The notes under the pieces: model-generated
What the model saw: the letters and a program-made list of their open reading frames with translations, nothing else
What the model was told of the DNA's origin: nothing
Databases searched by the model: none
Source of the DNA: Aplysia californica
Taxonomy: Eukaryota
Assembly (NCBI RefSeq): GCF_000002075.1
Contig: NW_004797359.1
Coordinates: forward strand, 388,347 to 452,346
Length of the DNA stretch: 64,000 nucleotides
Reading direction: 5' to 3'
Made by a program: the position numbers and the translations under genes
Shown here: positions 59,971 to 64,000 of the stretch, in pieces
How positions within the stretch are numbered: the first letter of the stretch is position 1
How the letters are laid out: each line of letters begins with the position of its first letter

Positions 59971-62414
59971 AGTAGGGTAGAGGGTGCATATTTCGACACC
60001 CCTTCTGGCAGGTCTGAGACTGCTGCTGTGTTCATTGGTCTGTGTAGTCGGATAAAATCAATTGAGCGGCGAGGTTCTGTCACCAGATGGTGGAGAAACC
60101 TCTTAGAAACTGTTTGTTGTATAAAACAAGTGAATGTGCCTGTCAAGTTGATTGTAACCCTCTCTTAAAGTGTGTGGGGTGCGTAATTCAAAATTTCGAC
60201 ACCCCTTGTTCTAATTCCGACACCCCTGTGAGGGGAACTTCGACACCGGTTGTTCCAATTACGACACCACTGTGGGGAAATGCGACACCCAAGGCCCGGA
60301 CTGGCCCAGTGCTGTAGTTAGGCCTAGGCCTAGGCTAGGCTTGGGTCCAGGAGGTCGTGGGTTCGATCCTCGGCATTTCAGTATTAGCATTTCTTTTCTG
60401 CTTGACACACGGCATTAATTTCATTAAAGGAAAAGTAGTTGGTCTGTCGTTTGGCTAGTATACACTGACTGAGTGAGGCAAACATATTGCCCTGTCCTTT
60501 CACCTGATTGTGGTTTCGCTGCATCATCAAATATCCACAATATTATTATCACTACAATTATCATAATTATTAACATAACCATCAGCGACAGCAGCATCAC
60601 TGACCTCAACATCAGTAACAGCTGCAACAACTGAATTAGTATTAGTTCATTACCATGATCATCACCAGCACCAGCATTGCCCTACCATCTTCATCATCAC
60701 CATCACCATCATGTCATCATCTTTATCACCACCGCTACCACCAGCATCATCGTTACTAGGCCTATCACCCGCATCATCATCTCCACCACCATAACTGTAG
60801 AGCCCAAGGTAGTGCTAGTTTAGTAAAATCATTGAACAAGAAACAAGGCGTAAATCATCAAAATTTATTACTCTGGAATTCAGTGCAACACATGCTGCCC
60901 TCGCTGAATTCCTATCATTAGGCTACCAGGTGCAAAAGAACCCTATAAAAGTATTAAAAAGGAACAAAATAAAAATCAACAACAAAATGAAACAAAACAA
61001 ACAAATTTGACTTCTCAAGTTCAGTAGACTCATCTGAGTCATCTGCTGCTGCTGCTCCTATGCTGCTGCTGATGTTGCATTTATTCCTGCTGGTGCTGTT
61101 GCATCTGTTGTTGTTGCATCTGTTGTTGTTGCTGTTGCATCTGTTGTTGTTGCATCTGTTGTTGTTGCATCTGTTGTTGTTGCATCTGTTGTTGTTGCAT
61201 CTGTTGTTGTTGCATCTGTTGTTGTTGTATCTGTTGTTGTTGCTGCTGCTGTGGTTCTTGTTGTTGCTGCTGCTGTGGTTCTTGTTGTTGCTGCTGCTGT
61301 GGTTCTTGTTGTTGCTGCACTGCTGTGGTTCTTGTTGTTGCTGCTGCATTTGTTTCCACTGCTGCTGTTGTTACTGTTGCTGCTCTTGTTGGTCTTGTTG
61401 CTGCTGCTGTTGCTGCAGCTGCTGCATCTGCTGTTNNNNNNNNNNNNNNNNNNNNNNNNNNNNNNNNNNNNNNNNNNNNNNNNNNNNNNNNNNNNNNNNN
61501 NNNNNNNNNNNNNNNNNNNNNNNNNNNNNNNNNNNNNNNNNNNNNNNNNNNNNNNNNNNNNNNNNNNNNNNNNNNNNNNNNNNNNNNNNNNNNNNNNNNN
61601 NNNNNNNNNNNNNNNNNNNNNNNNNNNNNCACACATGTACACACATATGTACGCCAAACACAGACACACGCACACACACACACACAAACACGCACATACG
61701 CGCACACACACATCTACTTGCTTATCACACGCACACGCTTACACATCGTCACGAAATGAGCAAAAAATAATATTCACACTGCAATTCACAAAATACATAA
61801 ATGGATACATAGTCATATACATAACATTGTATTGAAAATGAATCTACTGACATAGTGTCGAAATAACCCACAGGGGGTGTCGACATTACCACCAGGGGTG
61901 TCGAAATAGCAGCATGGGGTGTCGAATTATTGACAGAAGGGGTGTCGTAATTCTGAGAGTGGCATTTTTTGATGTGGGGAAATTCGACACTTTTTGAGCA
62001 CATATTTAACCAGTTTAAAGCAATAAAATCTATCAAATTTTGTTGAAAACAGCAATTTTAATCATCTAATATTCATTTAGTACATTCATTTATCACATAC
62101 AGCCTTTTACACAAGAAATAGGACTTGTTTACTCAACTTGTGATATTGCTGCTTTAGAAACACGGAGCTTGAAAACGTTCGAAATTGGACGCGCAAAAGA
62201 GCGGTGTCACTTCTTGGGGGTTTATGGGAAAACTATTACACCTATATTTAGAAATGACGCACATAATTAAAAAAAGATAGTTCGGCTGCCGGTTAAAAAT
62301 AGACCCGCGCGCATAAGTTGTAGTATTTCCGCACCGTTCGTTGTTTTTGGAGTGCACCCCACGAGGGGTGTCGGAATAGCACACAGTGTCGGAATATGCA
62401 CCCTCTACCCTACT
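59971..62414. mobile_element. TIR element in MEA1-like intron 1 carrying microsatellites
   Basis: 21-bp TIR AGTAGGGTAGAGGGTGCATAT; many subterminal CGACACC/GGTGTCG motifs; spans an assembly gap. Confidence 0.75.
61040..61435. repeat. Compound (TTG/CTG) microsatellite with 15-bp and 21-bp higher-order units
   Basis: (gcatctgttgttgtt)n then (gctgctgtggttcttgttgtt)n, running into an N gap. Confidence 0.92.
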
Positions 62415-62711
62415 AGATTGTAGATCTAGTTTTGTTTCATGAGAGGCATTTTTATTTCTTTGATGTTCTCTGAAGAAATGCTGGAAAATTCTAGGAAAAT
62501 ACATTGAACTCTTCCAAGCACACGCTGTGCAAAAGGTCTGATTAGTTCAAATGCAGGCATATATAATGTTGTCTATCATCTAGTGACGTATTGTTTGTCG
62601 AACAAGTTGTGTTGCTGTACCTTGCCTTCATTCATTGTAATCTTGATCAGTAGCTGGGTGGAAAGATGAACTGTGATGCGGTTGTATCTTTACTGATTAC
62701 TGACCTTCCAT

Positions 62712-63243
62712 CAGGGTTGGGTTGATTTAAATCAGTTGATTTTTTAAATTTAAATCAACTTGATTTTAAAAATAAAAATCAGTGATTTAAATCACTTTTA
62801 AAAATTTTTATTTTTATTGTTTTTACACATTTCAACATTCAGAATTCCTTTCCTTGGTTTCATAAAACAGATATAAGGTTTAGTAGACTAATATAATCAT
62901 GCTTAAAAGTCTGCTTTTCCCCCTTTCACTGTAAAATAATACAGTTCTCAATTTACTTTTTTTCATAATTGAAAACCAGGGTTGGTTTGATTTAAATCAG
63001 TTGATTTTTTAAAATTTAAATCAACTTGATTTTAAAAATAGAACTCAGTGATTTAAATCACTTTTAAAAAATGTATTCTGTTTTTACATCTTTAAACATT
63101 CAGAATTCCTTTCCTTGGTTTTATAAAACAGATATAAGGTTTAGTTGACTAAAATAATCATGCTTAAAAGTCTGCTTTCCCCCCTGTCACTGTAAGTAGT
63201 AAAAGAATACTGTATTCAATTTACTTTTTTTTCATAATTGAAA
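62712..63243. repeat. Tandem duplication of about 265 bp (hAT-like left end)
   Basis: Two copies starting CAGGGTTGG(G/T)TTGATTTAAATCAG at about 62712 and 62977. Confidence 0.85.
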
Positions 63244-63403
63244 TTAGCATTTTCTTTTTCTTTTTAAACAAACACATTTGAACTTTCCATTTTAGTCTCT
63301 TAGTTTTTTTTTATAATAGTCTAATTTCTTATAGAAGTGCTGACTCTGATCTGATTTATGCTCATTGTTAATTTTTTTTAAAATAATGATTTTCATCCCT
63401 CAG

Positions 63404-63485
63404 GTTCCAAATGTTCCAAAGGACAGCAAAGATTTACTATGGAACCAGAGTCGACTGGCCTCAAGTAAAGTCAGTTTTGATGCTG
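63404..63485 (+). CDS. MEA1: MEA1-like exon 2 (gene continues past window)
   Basis: cctcag|GTT...G|gtaatt; VPNVPKDSKDLLWNQSRLASSKVSFDA; phase matches exon 1. Confidence 0.65.
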
Positions 63486-63509
63486 GTAATTCATAGTTGA
63501 CCCTGATTT

Positions 63510-63896
63510 TTTAAATAGTTTTAGTATAGAGTTTTTACGGTGCTCACAACTGCATAAGGTCATATGAGCGCCAAGGGGTGGATGTCAACAGAGAAGTCCA
63601 TACAGGGAATCAGGCTTCTTTGCTCACCTCTTTAGTTTCAACAGCACTAAGTATGCTTCGACTATCAAGGCACTCCGGAAATAGCGGATCACTAGAGTGT
63701 GACAAACATACAAAAGAAGTAAATGAAAAATGCCGATAGTAACATTTAGGAAAGAAAAAGCAGCAGTTCCCCGTTGCAGTTCAGGCACAGTTATGAGCAT
63801 GACATTGATGAATCAGCCCATTTACAATTCTTATATGCATAAGAACATGTTAATGTCCCCTCTTTGGGAATGGTCTTAAAAAAGACACTTCAGTCA
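63510..63896 (-). mobile_element. Short retroposon family A copy
   Basis: Match to family A; 17-bp TSD ATAG(T/C)TGACCCTGATTT at 63493 and 63897. Confidence 0.88.
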
Positions 63897-64000
63897 ATAG
63901 CTGACCCTGATTTAGAAGAACAGCAGACTTATAGTAAAACAAAGTCATTTAGCACAAAATTCCTATTACAGTGAAAACCTGATATAACAGGGATGGTGGG

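Noticed and set aside
60954-61835. Poly-Q, poly-T and poly-L ORFs
   Set aside because: Triplet microsatellite open in most frames, spanning an N gap, inside a TIR element.

Overview
AT-rich eukaryotic (animal) genomic DNA, intron-rich and dense in transposons. The SINE types suggest a mollusc, possibly a gastropod (inference only). Three spliced protein-coding genes were reconstructed by hand from GT-AG junctions and reading-frame phase. (1) On the + strand, the 3' 14 exons (6876-26622, about 1280 aa visible; start codon not found, probably upstream of the window) of an unnamed protein built from six tandem FLYWCH-type zinc fingers. Five of the fingers are followed by a helical segment like the N-terminus of animal Mutator/MULE transposases, and no DDE domain is present. 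(2) On the - strand, a complete 9-exon CDKN3/KAP dual-specificity phosphatase (58415-41525, 241 aa). (3) On the + strand, head-to-head with CDKN3, the first two exons of a MEA1-like gene (from 59218). Between and within these genes lie: an internally deleted piggyBac whose terminus-flank junction is amplified as a 57-bp x9 minisatellite; a Kolobok-like remnant; a decayed hAT-Charlie/Buster element with a perfect 8-bp TSD; a second hAT-like element with a nested MITE; a 5'-truncated RT-RNaseH LINE; at least three short retroposon families sharing that LINE's 3' tail; many TA- and TTAA-flanked MITEs; microsatellites; and two assembly gaps. No CRISPR array, rRNA or convincing functional tRNA was found.
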